DNA from: Candidatus Levyibacteriota bacterium
GTDB lineage: Bacteria > Patescibacteriota > Microgenomatia > Levybacterales > UBA12049
Assembly: GCA_038205015.1 (NCBI GenBank)
Contig: JBBRCK010000004.1
Location: 4,620 to 68,619, forward strand
DNA length: 64,000 nucleotides
Direction of reading: 5' to 3'
Shown here: piece by piece, positions 1 through 10,200 of the stretch
Position numbering within the stretch: position 1 is the first letter of the stretch
How the letters are laid out: the number at the start of each line of letters is the position of its first letter
Translations under genes and position numbers: made by a program
Notes under the pieces: model-generated
The model's database searches: none
Told to the model about the DNA's origin: nothing
Seen by the model: only the letters and a program-made list of their open reading frames with translations

Positions 1-2
1 CA

Positions 3-74
3 ATTTTGGATTTTAAAATTTTACCCGATGCAGTTTCTGATCATGCCGCTTTGTATTTGGAGTTTGGGATTTAA
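3..74 (+). CDS. 3' end of probable endonuclease/exonuclease/phosphatase (EEP) family protein, truncated by window edge
   Basis: Frame reads ILDFKILPDAVSDHAALYLEFGI*; a terminal SDH followed by a beta strand is typical of EEP proteins. Confidence 0.6.
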   Translation: MLDFKILPDAVSDHAALYLEFGI

Positions 75-113
75 TTTGACTTTTTGGAAGTAGTAAGGTA
101 GTTTAAAGATGTA

Positions 114-515
114 ATGAAAAAAGGTTATAAGGGTAGTATTGAAAAATTAACGCTGGAAAATGAAAACTTCCGACAGGTTTTATATACCGCAAAACATTGT
201 CAATTAGTTTTGATGGTACTTAGGCCCGGTGAGGACATAGGGATGGAAGTTCATGATGGTAACGATCAATTTTTCCGATTTGAAAAAGGCGAGGGAAAAG
301 TAATTATTAACGAGACAGAATATGCTGTTGCAAACGGCGATGCAATTATTGTTCCGGAAGGAGCAAAACATAATATTATTAATACTTCACAAACCGAAAC
401 GCTTAAGCTTTATACAATTTATGCTCCTGCGCATCATCTAGACGGGATTGTAAGAAAAACAAAACAGGAAGCGGTTTCCGATTCTCCGGAATTTGATGGA
501 ACAACCACAGAATAA
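114..515 (+). CDS. Cupin domain protein
   Basis: Cupin motifs EVHDGNDQFFRFEKGEG and GDAIIVPEGAKHNIIN. Confidence 0.85.
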   Translation: MKKGYKGSIEKLTLENENFRQVLYTAKHCQLVLMVLRPGEDIGMEVHDGNDQFFRFEKGEGKVIINETEYAVANGDAIIVPEGAKHNIINTSQTETLKLYTIYAPAHHLDGIVRKTKQEAVSDSPEFDGTTTE

Positions 516-529
516 AATAGGTTAAATAT

Positions 530-787
530 TCATCTTTGGCGCATTAAAGCATCTCTTGTTGTAGCAATTTTTCCTGCTTCGGCGATACCTAGCTTAAATG
601 TTATTGGAGGTTGAGTTTTGCTAGCAGATATTTGACAAGTTGCTGCGTCCAATTGTTCTTGCCCATTATGAGCAACTATAACAATCATTCTTTTTTCAAC
701 GAATAATATTCTTGACAAAACATTTCTATCCAGTAAGTCTGGAGGAGGAGGGTCTGATGGATAATCAACTTCCAATGGTTGTGCCAC
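530..787 (-). CDS. Hypothetical protein (orphan)
   Basis: 85 aa ORF filling the gap; GTG start preceded by TTGATT...CATAAT. Confidence 0.55.
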   Translation of the reverse strand: MAQPLEVDYPSDPPPPDLLDRNVLSRILFVEKRMIVIVAHNGQEQLDAATCQISASKTQPPITFKLGIAEAGKIATTRDALMRQR

Positions 788-843
788 TTAAGAGTATTAT
801 GATTACTTTTGGAAATAAAAATCAAGATATAAAACTTAAGAAG

Positions 844-1281
844 TTAATCGATGTATCTTTCGCCTTTGGTTTTTCTAATTGAGGAATTGATTACCCTTTG
901 CATTACCATAATATCCTGTTTTGTTTGGGGAGCAAGCTTGAGTTTTAAAGTTTCTTTAAAATCAAACCATTTATATTCCGCGTTTTTTCCGTTAAAGTCT
1001 TCTAATTTTTTTACTTTTGCATAGGAGATAAAATTATTTTTTTTAAGGTCGTCATGAAAATAATCATAAACAGAAAAAATAGATTTTATATCGAGTTCTA
1101 TTTTGAAAAGGGATTTAATTAAACGCCTAAAACAATCTTTATCTGTTTCGTCTTTTTCTGCTTTTGCATAGAAAAGAGACCACACCGAAGAGTTTGGGTC
1201 AGTTTGTTTTTCCTTTTGCAAGAGAATTCGCTGGGTCCTTGAATGGTAGAGGAATCCACTTGCATAAAAATCTTTATGCAT
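844..1281 (-). CDS. NUDIX-fold protein with degenerate Nudix box
   Basis: ASGFLYH..ILLQ..WSLF..AEKDETDKDCFRRLIK and YKWF; start moved to MHKDF because the upstream ATG overlaps TATAAT. Confidence 0.6.
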   Translation of the reverse strand: MHKDFYASGFLYHSRTQRILLQKEKQTDPNSSVWSLFYAKAEKDETDKDCFRRLIKSLFKIELDIKSIFSVYDYFHDDLKKNNFISYAKVKKLEDFNGKNAEYKWFDFKETLKLKLAPQTKQDIMVMQRVINSSIRKTKGERYID

Positions 1282-1352
1282 TAAGTACATTATAGCTTAT
1301 TTGAGGACAAAAAGTATGACCAAAACTAGTGCTGTAGGTGTATAATTTCCAA

Positions 1353-1703
1353 ATGGATGATACCGGATTTAGACAATTAGTAAAAGAAGCTATTGATTCA
1401 CTCCCTAAGGAATTTGCCCAAAAATTAAATAATGTTGAAGTTGTAGTAGATGATTATCCAACTCCGTATCAGGTAGCAAAGTCAAAAATTCCTTATCATA
1501 CCCTTTTACTTGGTTTATATGAAGGAGTTCCTCAAACAAAAAGGGGAGTTTACTACAGTGCGCTTCCGGATAAAATTACTATTTTTAAAAATGCAATTTT
1601 ACAAATTTCTCAAACAGACGATGAAATAAAAGAACAGGTTAGAAAAACTGTAATTCATGAAATTGGTCATCACTTTGGATTATCAGATGAGCAGATGAAA
1701 TAG
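1353..1703 (+). CDS. Zincin-like metallopeptidase (minimal, DUF1025-like)
   Basis: LLGLYEGVP, PDKITIF and HEIGHHFG motifs; ATG 6 nt after TATAAT. Confidence 0.85.
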   Translation: MDDTGFRQLVKEAIDSLPKEFAQKLNNVEVVVDDYPTPYQVAKSKIPYHTLLLGLYEGVPQTKRGVYYSALPDKITIFKNAILQISQTDDEIKEQVRKTVIHEIGHHFGLSDEQMK

Positions 1704-1715
1704 CTAATATTTGAA

Positions 1716-2162
1716 TTAACGAGGCATTCGTACGGCCAGAGAATCTGTGGTTGATTCATGAATAATTTCCTTAATACGTTCGCTTAGTTCTGCGCCTGGA
1801 ATTCTGAATTTCCTTGATCGAGTCTCACTAACTTTGCGAAAATACGCTTCTTCTTCCTCTTCTGTTTTAATATCTTGTATCGGTTCTCCCGGAAATGTTC
1901 TTAAGTACCAAGTACTATGTTCTCCATCGAGTCCTGTTCTTACTTCGTTAATAACTACGATGTTTACATTCATACCATTTTGGACATCACCTAAAAAGGC
2001 TTGCGCAGTCCCGTATTTAGTACGAATTGGGGTAGAAGGGTCTCCGTATACATTAAGATTTGCATCTATTCGTGTTTGTTCATCTACAAGTTGCCAAAAA
2101 TAACGTCTTCTTGGAAAGTCGTATCGTTGTTCGGGATGTAGGCGTTCTGATACAGCTGGCAT
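1716..2162 (-). CDS. Hypothetical protein (Arg-rich orphan)
   Basis: 148 aa ORF with its own TTGACA-N16-TATAAT promoter 10 nt upstream of ATG. Confidence 0.7.
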   Translation of the reverse strand: MPAVSERLHPEQRYDFPRRRYFWQLVDEQTRIDANLNVYGDPSTPIRTKYGTAQAFLGDVQNGMNVNIVVINEVRTGLDGEHSTWYLRTFPGEPIQDIKTEEEEEAYFRKVSETRSRKFRIPGAELSERIKEIIHESTTDSLAVRMPR

Positions 2163-2320
2163 ATAGTGGATGATTATACTGCTAAATTAATACTTGTCAA
2201 TATTCTTATAACTCAAATAGTACTTTTCTTTAGCGTTGACTTTAGGCCTATATTTATGTTAATATTTTACTTCGGAATTTAAATAAACCAATTTTTGTCT
2301 GTCCTCAAAAGAATTTTGTT

Positions 2321-3781
2321 ATGAAAAAACTTAATAAATTTAAAAAATTATTTTTGGTAAAAGTACCTCTTTTAAACACAAAAAGAAAAGAAATCTTTAA
2401 AAAAGTATTTGTTTTTATTCAAAAAAAACCATTTACAGCATTTTTTTCTGTTTTGGGAGTTTTTTTAATTTTATTAATTTTAGGAAACGTTTTGTTTGCT
2501 CCGAAAGTCTTACCTCAAACTAACCAAGAAGTACCAAAGCTTGTAAAAATATATAAACTTGGCAGTGCGCCTGAAGTAAGTTTTCAGGGAAAGATTGAAA
2601 AAAGTGGAGTCATAAAAATAGTTGCGCAAATGGGGGGAGTTGTTAGTTATATAAATGTTTCCGAAGGACAAAATATTAGTATGGGTACAAATATTTTGTC
2701 TCTTTCAACTAATTATTCGGGTGGAAACGTAATGACAATTTCAAGACAAATTGCCCAAACCGGTTACGAAACGGCTAAATCTACCAACCAGACTCAAAAA
2801 GACATAATAATTAGGCAAAGAGAAATTGCAGATAAAGCTAAGGACAGCGGGGATAAAATTAGAGATATTACTAATCAGTCTGCATCCGATACTCAAGCAC
2901 TTTTTGATTTAAACAAAACAATAGTTGAATCTTTAAGACAAAATATTACAAATTTAGAAAACACGAATGTAGGAGGAGCAAATGACACTTTAATTTTACA
3001 ATCTAAACAACAACTTACGCAGTTTCAGGCAGCAATGGTTTCCACAGCTACCCAATCTAAAAATTTAACATTGCAAGGGTCATCCGATTTATCGACAACT
3101 TTACAACAGTATCAAATTGCCTTAAAGCAATTGGAAATTCAGGAAAAAGCGGCCGACATGAATCTGGAAATTTCCAGACTTCAATATAATTTGGCTTTAG
3201 TTAGTGAAGCAAATATGTATCCTTCAACTCCATTTTCCGGAACAGTTGATAAAATTTTTGTTCGCGTAGGAGATAACGTAACTTCCGGAACGGTTTTAGC
3301 CAGTATATCGGGTAATAATCAGCACGCGAAGATAGTTGTAAATGTGTCTTCGGATATTGCCAGGAATATTTCGGTAATCGAAGCTTCAACTTTGAATTTG
3401 GGGAGTAAAACTATTCAGCTTATGCCATCATACGTTTCCAAAGATGCAACGAGTGGAGTCTTATATTCTGTAACTTATGAACTTGACGATTCTTTTACGG
3501 ATAAACTTACCAATGATTCTTACGTTAATGTACAAATTCCAATTGGAACACCGGATACTTCCAATTTTGACCCGTTTATTCCTTTAGATAGCGTAGTTCA
3601 AACGCAGGAGGAAGCATACGTTTATGTAATTGATAATAAAAATGTGGCCAGAGTTAAAAAAATTACTTTGGGACAAATTCAAGGTAGATTTGTGGAAGTA
3701 ATGTCAGGTCTTCCAAAAAACTCGGAAATAATTTTGGACAGAAATGTAATCGAAGGCGATAAAGTTAAAATAGCAAGATAA
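2321..3781 (+). CDS. RND efflux membrane fusion (adaptor) protein
   Basis: N-terminal TM, lipoyl half-motifs (GVVSYINVSEGQ, PFSGTVDKIFVRVGD), long coiled coil, adjacent RND permease. Confidence 0.85.
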   Translation: MKKLNKFKKLFLVKVPLLNTKRKEIFKKVFVFIQKKPFTAFFSVLGVFLILLILGNVLFAPKVLPQTNQEVPKLVKIYKLGSAPEVSFQGKIEKSGVIKIVAQMGGVVSYINVSEGQNISMGTNILSLSTNYSGGNVMTISRQIAQTGYETAKSTNQTQKDIIIRQREIADKAKDSGDKIRDITNQSASDTQALFDLNKTIVESLRQNITNLENTNVGGANDTLILQSKQQLTQFQAAMVSTATQSKNLTLQGSSDLSTTLQQYQIALKQLEIQEKAADMNLEISRLQYNLALVSEANMYPSTPFSGTVDKIFVRVGDNVTSGTVLASISGNNQHAKIVVNVSSDIARNISVIEASTLNLGSKTIQLMPSYVSKDATSGVLYSVTYELDDSFTDKLTNDSYVNVQIPIGTPDTSNFDPFIPLDSVVQTQEEAYVYVIDNKNVARVKKITLGQIQGRFVEVMSGLPKNSEIILDRNVIEGDKVKIAR

Positions 3782-3786
3782 CCTCT

Positions 3787-6700
3787 ATGAAGCATATTTC
3801 TACTTATTTAAAACACCTTAAATTCGATAAAGGTTTACAAAATTCTCTAATTTCCAAATATCTGACAAATTTAAGGCTAATTGTTTTAATTGTTGTGGGA
3901 ATTTTGGTTTTTGGAATAATCAGTTTTACGGGTTTAGAGAGAAATTTATATCCTGATATCAAAATACCGACGGTAATTGTTGCGACTGTCTTGCCGGGAG
4001 CAAATCCCAATGATGTTGAATCTTTAGTAACAATCCCACTGGAAGAATCCGTGACCGGACTTTCAAAAGTAAAAACCGTACAATCAAGTTCTTTGGAGTC
4101 TGTTTCTACAATTTCGGTTGAGTTTGAAACCGGGGTAGATCCGGAAAAAGCAAAAACAGACGTTCAGTCGGCAATTGATTCGGTAACTCTTCCTGAAAAT
4201 GCCCAAAAGCCAAAGGCGATGAAGATTGATTTACAAAAAACCCCGATTTGGACTTTTAATTTAGTTAATCAGAAGTCAGATAAGTCAAGTCTTATCCGAT
4301 TTGCCAAAAAACTTAAGCAGCAATTAACGGACTTACCAAATATTGATAACGTTACTACATCGGGAATGGATGAACAGGAGATCCAGATTATTATTAAACC
4401 GGAGGCAGTAGCAACTTATAAAATAAATCCTCAGCAGTTAATTGGAGCCGTAAAAACAGCACTTAATACTTTTCCCGCCGGGAATGTAACTACTCAAAAT
4501 TCCATTTTCTCTCTGACAGTAAATCCTTTAATTGATTCAACCGATGATATCAGGCTTTTAAAAGTAAATTTAAACACTCAGATAGTATCTTTAGGAGATA
4601 TTGCAATAGTTGAGGAAAAATCCAAACCAGATCAATACCCGCAATATATACAAAACAAAAACGAAAATATTAAGCCGTCGATTGGATTTAGTGTTTATAG
4701 GGCAACAGCCGTAAATATAGATACTGCCGAAAAAGAAGCACATAACAAAATTGACGAGTTGCTTTCTCAGGAACAAGGAAAGTTTAAAATTGAAACTGTT
4801 GTTAATTATTCGGATGCAATAATCACTCAGTTTAATGAACTCCAAAAAAATTTAATAGAGACAATTATTTTAGTTGCTGTCGTTTTATTTTTATTTTTAG
4901 GTGCAAGGCAGGCTTTTGTTGCATTACTGGCAACTCCATTAACGTTTCTAATCTCCTTTATTATTATGAGCTTGACGGGTATAACGCTTAACTTTATTTC
5001 GTCATTTGCGCTTTTACTCTCTCTTGGACTTTTAGTTGATGATACGATTGTAGTAATTTCCGCTATTACCGCTTATTACAGGTCGGGTAAATTTACGCCT
5101 TTTCAAACCGGTCTTTTAGTCTGGAAGGACTTTTTGACTGTAATTACTACAACAACGATTACCACCGTGTGGGCGTTTTTGCCGATTTTAATTTCAACCG
5201 GAATAATTGGAGAATTTATTAAACCAATTCCAATTGTTGTTTCAACAACTTTAATCGGCTCATTTTTAGTAGCAATGTTTGTAACCTTGCCATTTATAAT
5301 TTTCCTTCTTAAACCTTCATTTCCAAAAAGAGTGGTGATACTTTTTAAAATTTTACTTCTTTTAATAACGATTAGTTTGCTTTTCGTATTTTTGCCGAAA
5401 AACTCACTGCTTCTTTTACAAGTTCTTTCATTTTTAATTTTCTTGTTTGTAGGATTTAGGATAAGAAAACAAATTAAAGAAAAACTTTCCCAAAAGTTTA
5501 ATTTTAAAATCTCTAGCCAAAATAAAAAAAGACTTGGTGATTATCTTGAACAAGGAGTAATTAGTCTTCAAAGAGTTGAGTATTTTTATTCGGGCTTTAT
5601 TTACCGAATTTTAAGTTCACAAAAAGCCAGAAAACAGATTCTAATAATGGTAATTATATTTTCGATATTTTCTTATCTGCTGGTCCCATTTGGATTTGTA
5701 AAAAGCGAGTTCTTTCCAAAATCAAACGGGGATATTTTAAATGTAAATGTAGAGCTTCCTGCCGGAACAAATCTTTACACAACCAGAAATGAAGCCTTAG
5801 ATATCGTCAAGAGCTTAAAAGACATTCCCGAAACGGAATTTGCCCTTTTAAATTTGGGTTCAATGTCCAGTCCCTTTGGTGGTGGTTCTGCTTCTTCCAA
5901 CAGTTTTCAAATCACGGTTAAGTTAAAAGATAAAAACTATAGAAAGCTTGATTCATCAACCATCGCCGAAGATATAAGAGAAAAATTTAAAAATTATAAT
6001 ATCGGCAAGTTATCCGTTGCCGAACAATCCGGTGGTCCGCCAACAGGCGCTGATGTTCAAATAAAACTCTTTGGATCCGATCTTACTATCTTAGATCAAT
6101 ATGCAACTAAGGTTGAGGATTTTCTTAAAAAAGAACCGGGCGCTACCAACATAGACAAGTCTATCAAACCGGGAACTTCTAAAATTGTTTTTATTCCTGA
6201 TGAGCAAAAAATTTCTCAGGCAAATTTAACGCCGGATGTTGCGGGTTTTTGGTTAAGACTTTTTGCAACCGGAATAAAAATTGGCACGATAAAATTGGAT
6301 AAGGATTTAAATATTGCCGAGGATATAACCTTAAGAATGGATTCATCTTCTTCTAAGGTTGAGGATATTGGAAGTATTAATATTCCAACTCAAAACGGAT
6401 TAACTTCTTTATCATCGATTGGAAAATTAGAGCTTCAATCAAACCCAACTCTTATCTCAAGAGAAGGAGGAAAAAGAACAATCTCGATTACGGCAAGTGT
6501 TAAAAAAGGTTATACAATCCCTCAGGTTAATGCTAAACTTTCAGCTTTTGCAAAAAGTGGATTAAATCTTCCTTCCGGATATTCTTGGTCAGCCGGTGGA
6601 GCAAATGAACAAAATCAGAAATCGGTTCAGACAATTTATAACGCAATGTTAATTTCGATTCTTCTAATTATTATTACCATGGTTTTGCAGTTCTCATCTT

Positions 6701-7110
6701 TTAGAAAAGCCTTTATTGTTATCTTGGTAATTCCTTTATCAATTTCCGGTGTTTTTATAATATTTGCCTTAACGCAAACCGCTTTGTCATTTCCGGCATT
6801 AATCGGAGTATTGGCTTTATTTGGAATTGTTGTTAAAAATTCAATTTTAGTAGTTGATAAAATAACCGCTAATATCAAAACTGGAATGGAATTTAAGCAT
6901 TCAATTGCTGACGCGGCATCTTCAAGACTTGAGCCAATCGCTTTAACGTCAATTTGTGCAATTGTTGGACTTATTCCAATTACAATCTCAGATCCTTTGT
7001 GGAGAGGCCTGGGCGGCGCAATCATTGCAGGGCTAACATTTTCAGGTACTATAATGCTTTTCTTTATCCCGGTTATTTACTATTATATTTTTAACCCGAA
7101 AAGAAAATAA
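3787..7110 (+). CDS. AcrB/AcrD/AcrF-family RND transporter
   Basis: 1107 aa; proton relay motifs GLLVDDTIVV, VKNSIL, RLEPIALT. Confidence 0.93.
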   Translation: MKHISTYLKHLKFDKGLQNSLISKYLTNLRLIVLIVVGILVFGIISFTGLERNLYPDIKIPTVIVATVLPGANPNDVESLVTIPLEESVTGLSKVKTVQSSSLESVSTISVEFETGVDPEKAKTDVQSAIDSVTLPENAQKPKAMKIDLQKTPIWTFNLVNQKSDKSSLIRFAKKLKQQLTDLPNIDNVTTSGMDEQEIQIIIKPEAVATYKINPQQLIGAVKTALNTFPAGNVTTQNSIFSLTVNPLIDSTDDIRLLKVNLNTQIVSLGDIAIVEEKSKPDQYPQYIQNKNENIKPSIGFSVYRATAVNIDTAEKEAHNKIDELLSQEQGKFKIETVVNYSDAIITQFNELQKNLIETIILVAVVLFLFLGARQAFVALLATPLTFLISFIIMSLTGITLNFISSFALLLSLGLLVDDTIVVISAITAYYRSGKFTPFQTGLLVWKDFLTVITTTTITTVWAFLPILISTGIIGEFIKPIPIVVSTTLIGSFLVAMFVTLPFIIFLLKPSFPKRVVILFKILLLLITISLLFVFLPKNSLLLLQVLSFLIFLFVGFRIRKQIKEKLSQKFNFKISSQNKKRLGDYLEQGVISLQRVEYFYSGFIYRILSSQKARKQILIMVIIFSIFSYLLVPFGFVKSEFFPKSNGDILNVNVELPAGTNLYTTRNEALDIVKSLKDIPETEFALLNLGSMSSPFGGGSASSNSFQITVKLKDKNYRKLDSSTIAEDIREKFKNYNIGKLSVAEQSGGPPTGADVQIKLFGSDLTILDQYATKVEDFLKKEPGATNIDKSIKPGTSKIVFIPDEQKISQANLTPDVAGFWLRLFATGIKIGTIKLDKDLNIAEDITLRMDSSSSKVEDIGSINIPTQNGLTSLSSIGKLELQSNPTLISREGGKRTISITASVKKGYTIPQVNAKLSAFAKSGLNLPSGYSWSAGGANEQNQKSVQTIYNAMLISILLIIITMVLQFSSFRKAFIVILVIPLSISGVFIIFALTQTALSFPALIGVLALFGIVVKNSILVVDKITANIKTGMEFKHSIADAASSRLEPIALTSICAIVGLIPITISDPLWRGLGGAIIAGLTFSGTIMLFFIPVIYYYIFNPKRK

Positions 7111-7119
7111 TTTCTCCTC

Positions 7120-7149
7120 TTGACACAAGCTAATTAGCTATGGTATAAA
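7120..7149 (+). promoter_or_regulatory. Sigma70-type promoter for rpoBC
   Basis: TTGACA followed by extended -10 TGG-TATAAA. Confidence 0.65.
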
Positions 7150-7170
7150 CTTAACACTCTTAAGGAACGC

Positions 7171-7204
7171 AAATGGAAAGGCTGATGGCCTTGTCCATTT
7201 TTTT
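7171..7204 (+). terminator. Terminator-like hairpin in rpoB leader
   Basis: AAATGGA-AAGGC-tgatg-GCCTT-g-TCCATTT followed by T run. Confidence 0.55.
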
Positions 7205-7241
7205 GGCATTATTATGTCAACCTATAAGATAAAAAACACCG

Positions 7242-10200
7242 ATGGCAAAAAAGGGCAATACCGATACTAAAGATGACATTAGAATCAACTGGGGCAAGGA
7301 TTTTTCTTTGTTGCCAAAGTTGGACTTATTGGAAATACAAAAAGAGTCCTATAAGTGGTTTTTAGATAAAGGTATTAAGCAAATCCTCGAAGAAATTTCC
7401 CCAATTGATGATTTCACCGAAAAAAACTGGACACTCGAACTAAAAGATTACCGTCTAGGAAAATTATCATCTACCCCAGACATTGCTTTGTCAAAAGGCG
7501 TCACTTATGATTCTCCTCTTTATGTAAATGCAACCTTAACCAATAAAAAAACTGGCGCAACTTACGACCAGGAAGTATTTTTGGGAGATATTCCTCAAAT
7601 GACCGACAGGGCAACCTTTATTATTAACGGTATTGAGAGAGCGGTTGTAAATCAATTGGTTAGAAGCCCCGGAGTTTTCTTTACCGCAACACAGGATAAC
7701 GTAACGGGAAAAACTTTGTATAACGCGGAGATAAGACCGGTTCATGGTTCATGGCTTGAATTTACAACTACCAGGCACGAAACAATCATGGTTAAAATCG
7801 ACAGACGCAGAAAATTTTTATCAACCACATTCTTAAGAGCTTTAGGAATTAGTGCAAACGAAGAAATTAAGCATAGATTCCAACACGTTGAGGGTGATGG
7901 GAAAACTAGCTACATCGAAAACACTCTCTTAAAAGATGAAACTCAGGATTCAAATGAAGCCTTGATTGAAATTTTTAGGAAAATGCATCCCGGAGAACCG
8001 GTTGTTTTGGATAAAGTAAGAGAAAATTTCTTGGGAACCTTCTTTAATAACAGAAGATACGATTTGGGAGCGGTAGGAAGATATAAAATGAACAAAAAGT
8101 TATCCACAATTGAAGGATTCAATGTCCCAAGTTTAGAAACAAAAATTTTAACGCTTGATGATATTGTCGGTGCAATCAGCTTTTTAATAAAACTTTCCCA
8201 AGGTCAATATGGTATTGATGATATCGATTCTTTGGCCAACAGACGTGTAAGATGCGTCGGAGAATTAGTTGCAACCACTGCTTTTAGAATCGGCGCATTG
8301 AGACTTGAAAGAAGTGTTAAAGAAAGAATGTCTTTAATTCAACCTGATTTGCCGATTTCAATTGGTGGACTTATTAATGCAAGACCAATTATGGCAGCCA
8401 TTAACGAATTCTTCAGAACTTCCCAGCTTTCCACAATCCTAGATCAAACAAATCCATTATCAGAAGTAGATAACTTAAATAGACTTACAGTTATGGGAAC
8501 CGGTGGAATTTCCAGAGAAAGAGCAGCATTTTCAATCCGTGACATCAATTCTTCCCAGTATTCAAGGATTTGTCCAATTAGAAGCCCTGAAGGACCAAAT
8601 ATTGGTTTAGTAACCTACATGGCTTTATATGCCAGAGTTAATGAATTTGGCTTTTTAGAAGCACCTTACAGAAGAGTTATTCATGAGAATAAAGGAAAAG
8701 ACGAAATTTCAAAAGCATCTAATGACATAGTATATTTATCGGCCGATGATGAGCAAAAACATTACGTTACGCATTCGGGAGTTTTAACCGATTCCGGTAG
8801 AATTGAACAGGAAAGAGTCGCGGCAAGATATAAAGGTGAATTTATCGAAACCGACAGAGCAAATGTTGAATACGTTGACGTGATTCCAAGGCAAGTTGTT
8901 GGAAGCGCGGCATCCTTAATTCCTTTTGTTTCTCATGATGAAGCAAATAGAGCTTTGATGGGTACTCACATGCAATGTCAGGCAGTACCTTTAATCGATC
9001 CTTCAAGTCCGGTGGTTGGAACAGGAATGGAAAATTCTATATCTCAAATGATGGGAAGAGTTATTTATGCTCCATTTGACGGAGAAGTAACTTATGCGGA
9101 TGCAAATAAAGTTATCTTAAAAGGAAAAGGTCAAAAAGAAGAAACCACTTATTATATTGATTCGTTTAAAAGAACTTCTCAGGCAACAGCATACACTCAA
9201 AGAACCATGGTCACAAATGGCCAAAAAGTTAAAAAAGGCGATTTGTTAATTGACGGACCGGCTAGCCAATTAGGAGAATTGGCTTTGGGACAAAATCTTT
9301 TAATTGCTTATATGTCTTTTGACGGACTCGGATATGAAGACGGAATCGTTATTTCGGAAAGACTGGTAAAAGATGATACTCTTTCATCAATTCATATCGA
9401 AAAACACGAAGCAGCGGTTGTAGAAACAAAATTGGGACCAGAAGAAACAACGAGAGATATTCCAAATGTTTCGGAAGAAGATTTAGCGAACTTGGACGAA
9501 GATGGTGTGGTTGTAATCGGTTCGGAAGTTGCACCGGGAGATATTTTGGTTGGTAAGATTGCTCCTAAAGGAGAAACCGAATTGTCAGCAGAAGAAAGAC
9601 TTTTAAGAGCAATATTCGGAGAACAAGCAAGAGAAGTTAGAGACACATCGTTAAGAATGCCACACGGAGAAAAAGGAACAGTTGTCAGTATTCATGTTTT
9701 GGATAGAAAAAAAGGTGACGAATTAGAACCTGGAACAATGAGAAAAATAATTGTCGAAGTTGCACAGTTAAGACACGTTGTAATTGGGGATAAGTTGGCA
9801 GGAAGACACGGAAATAAAGGTGTTATTTCAAGAATTTTGCCGGAAGTTGATATGCCTCATTTGGCAGACGGAACAGCGGTCGATATTATTATCTCACCAA
9901 TTTCAGTACTCGCCCGTATGAATTTGGGACAGCTTTTGGAGGCTCATTTAGGTTGGGCAGCAAATGCGCTTGGTGAAAAAATTGCCATGCCGGTTTTTGA
10001 AGAAGTAAACGAAGAAAAAATTGTCTCCGAGCTTAAAAGAGCAGGACTTCCTCTTGATGGAAAAGCAACTCTTTATGACGGAAGAACAGGTCTAGCTTAT
10101 GATAATCCGGCCGTAGTTGGAATTGAATATGTTATGAAACTTATCCATATGGTAGAAGATAAGACTCATGCAAGATCAACCGGACCATACTCTTTAGTTA

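Noticed and set aside
1834-2103. 89-aa plus-strand ORF
   Set aside because: Lies wholly antisense to 1716-2162, which has a consensus promoter and more protein-like composition
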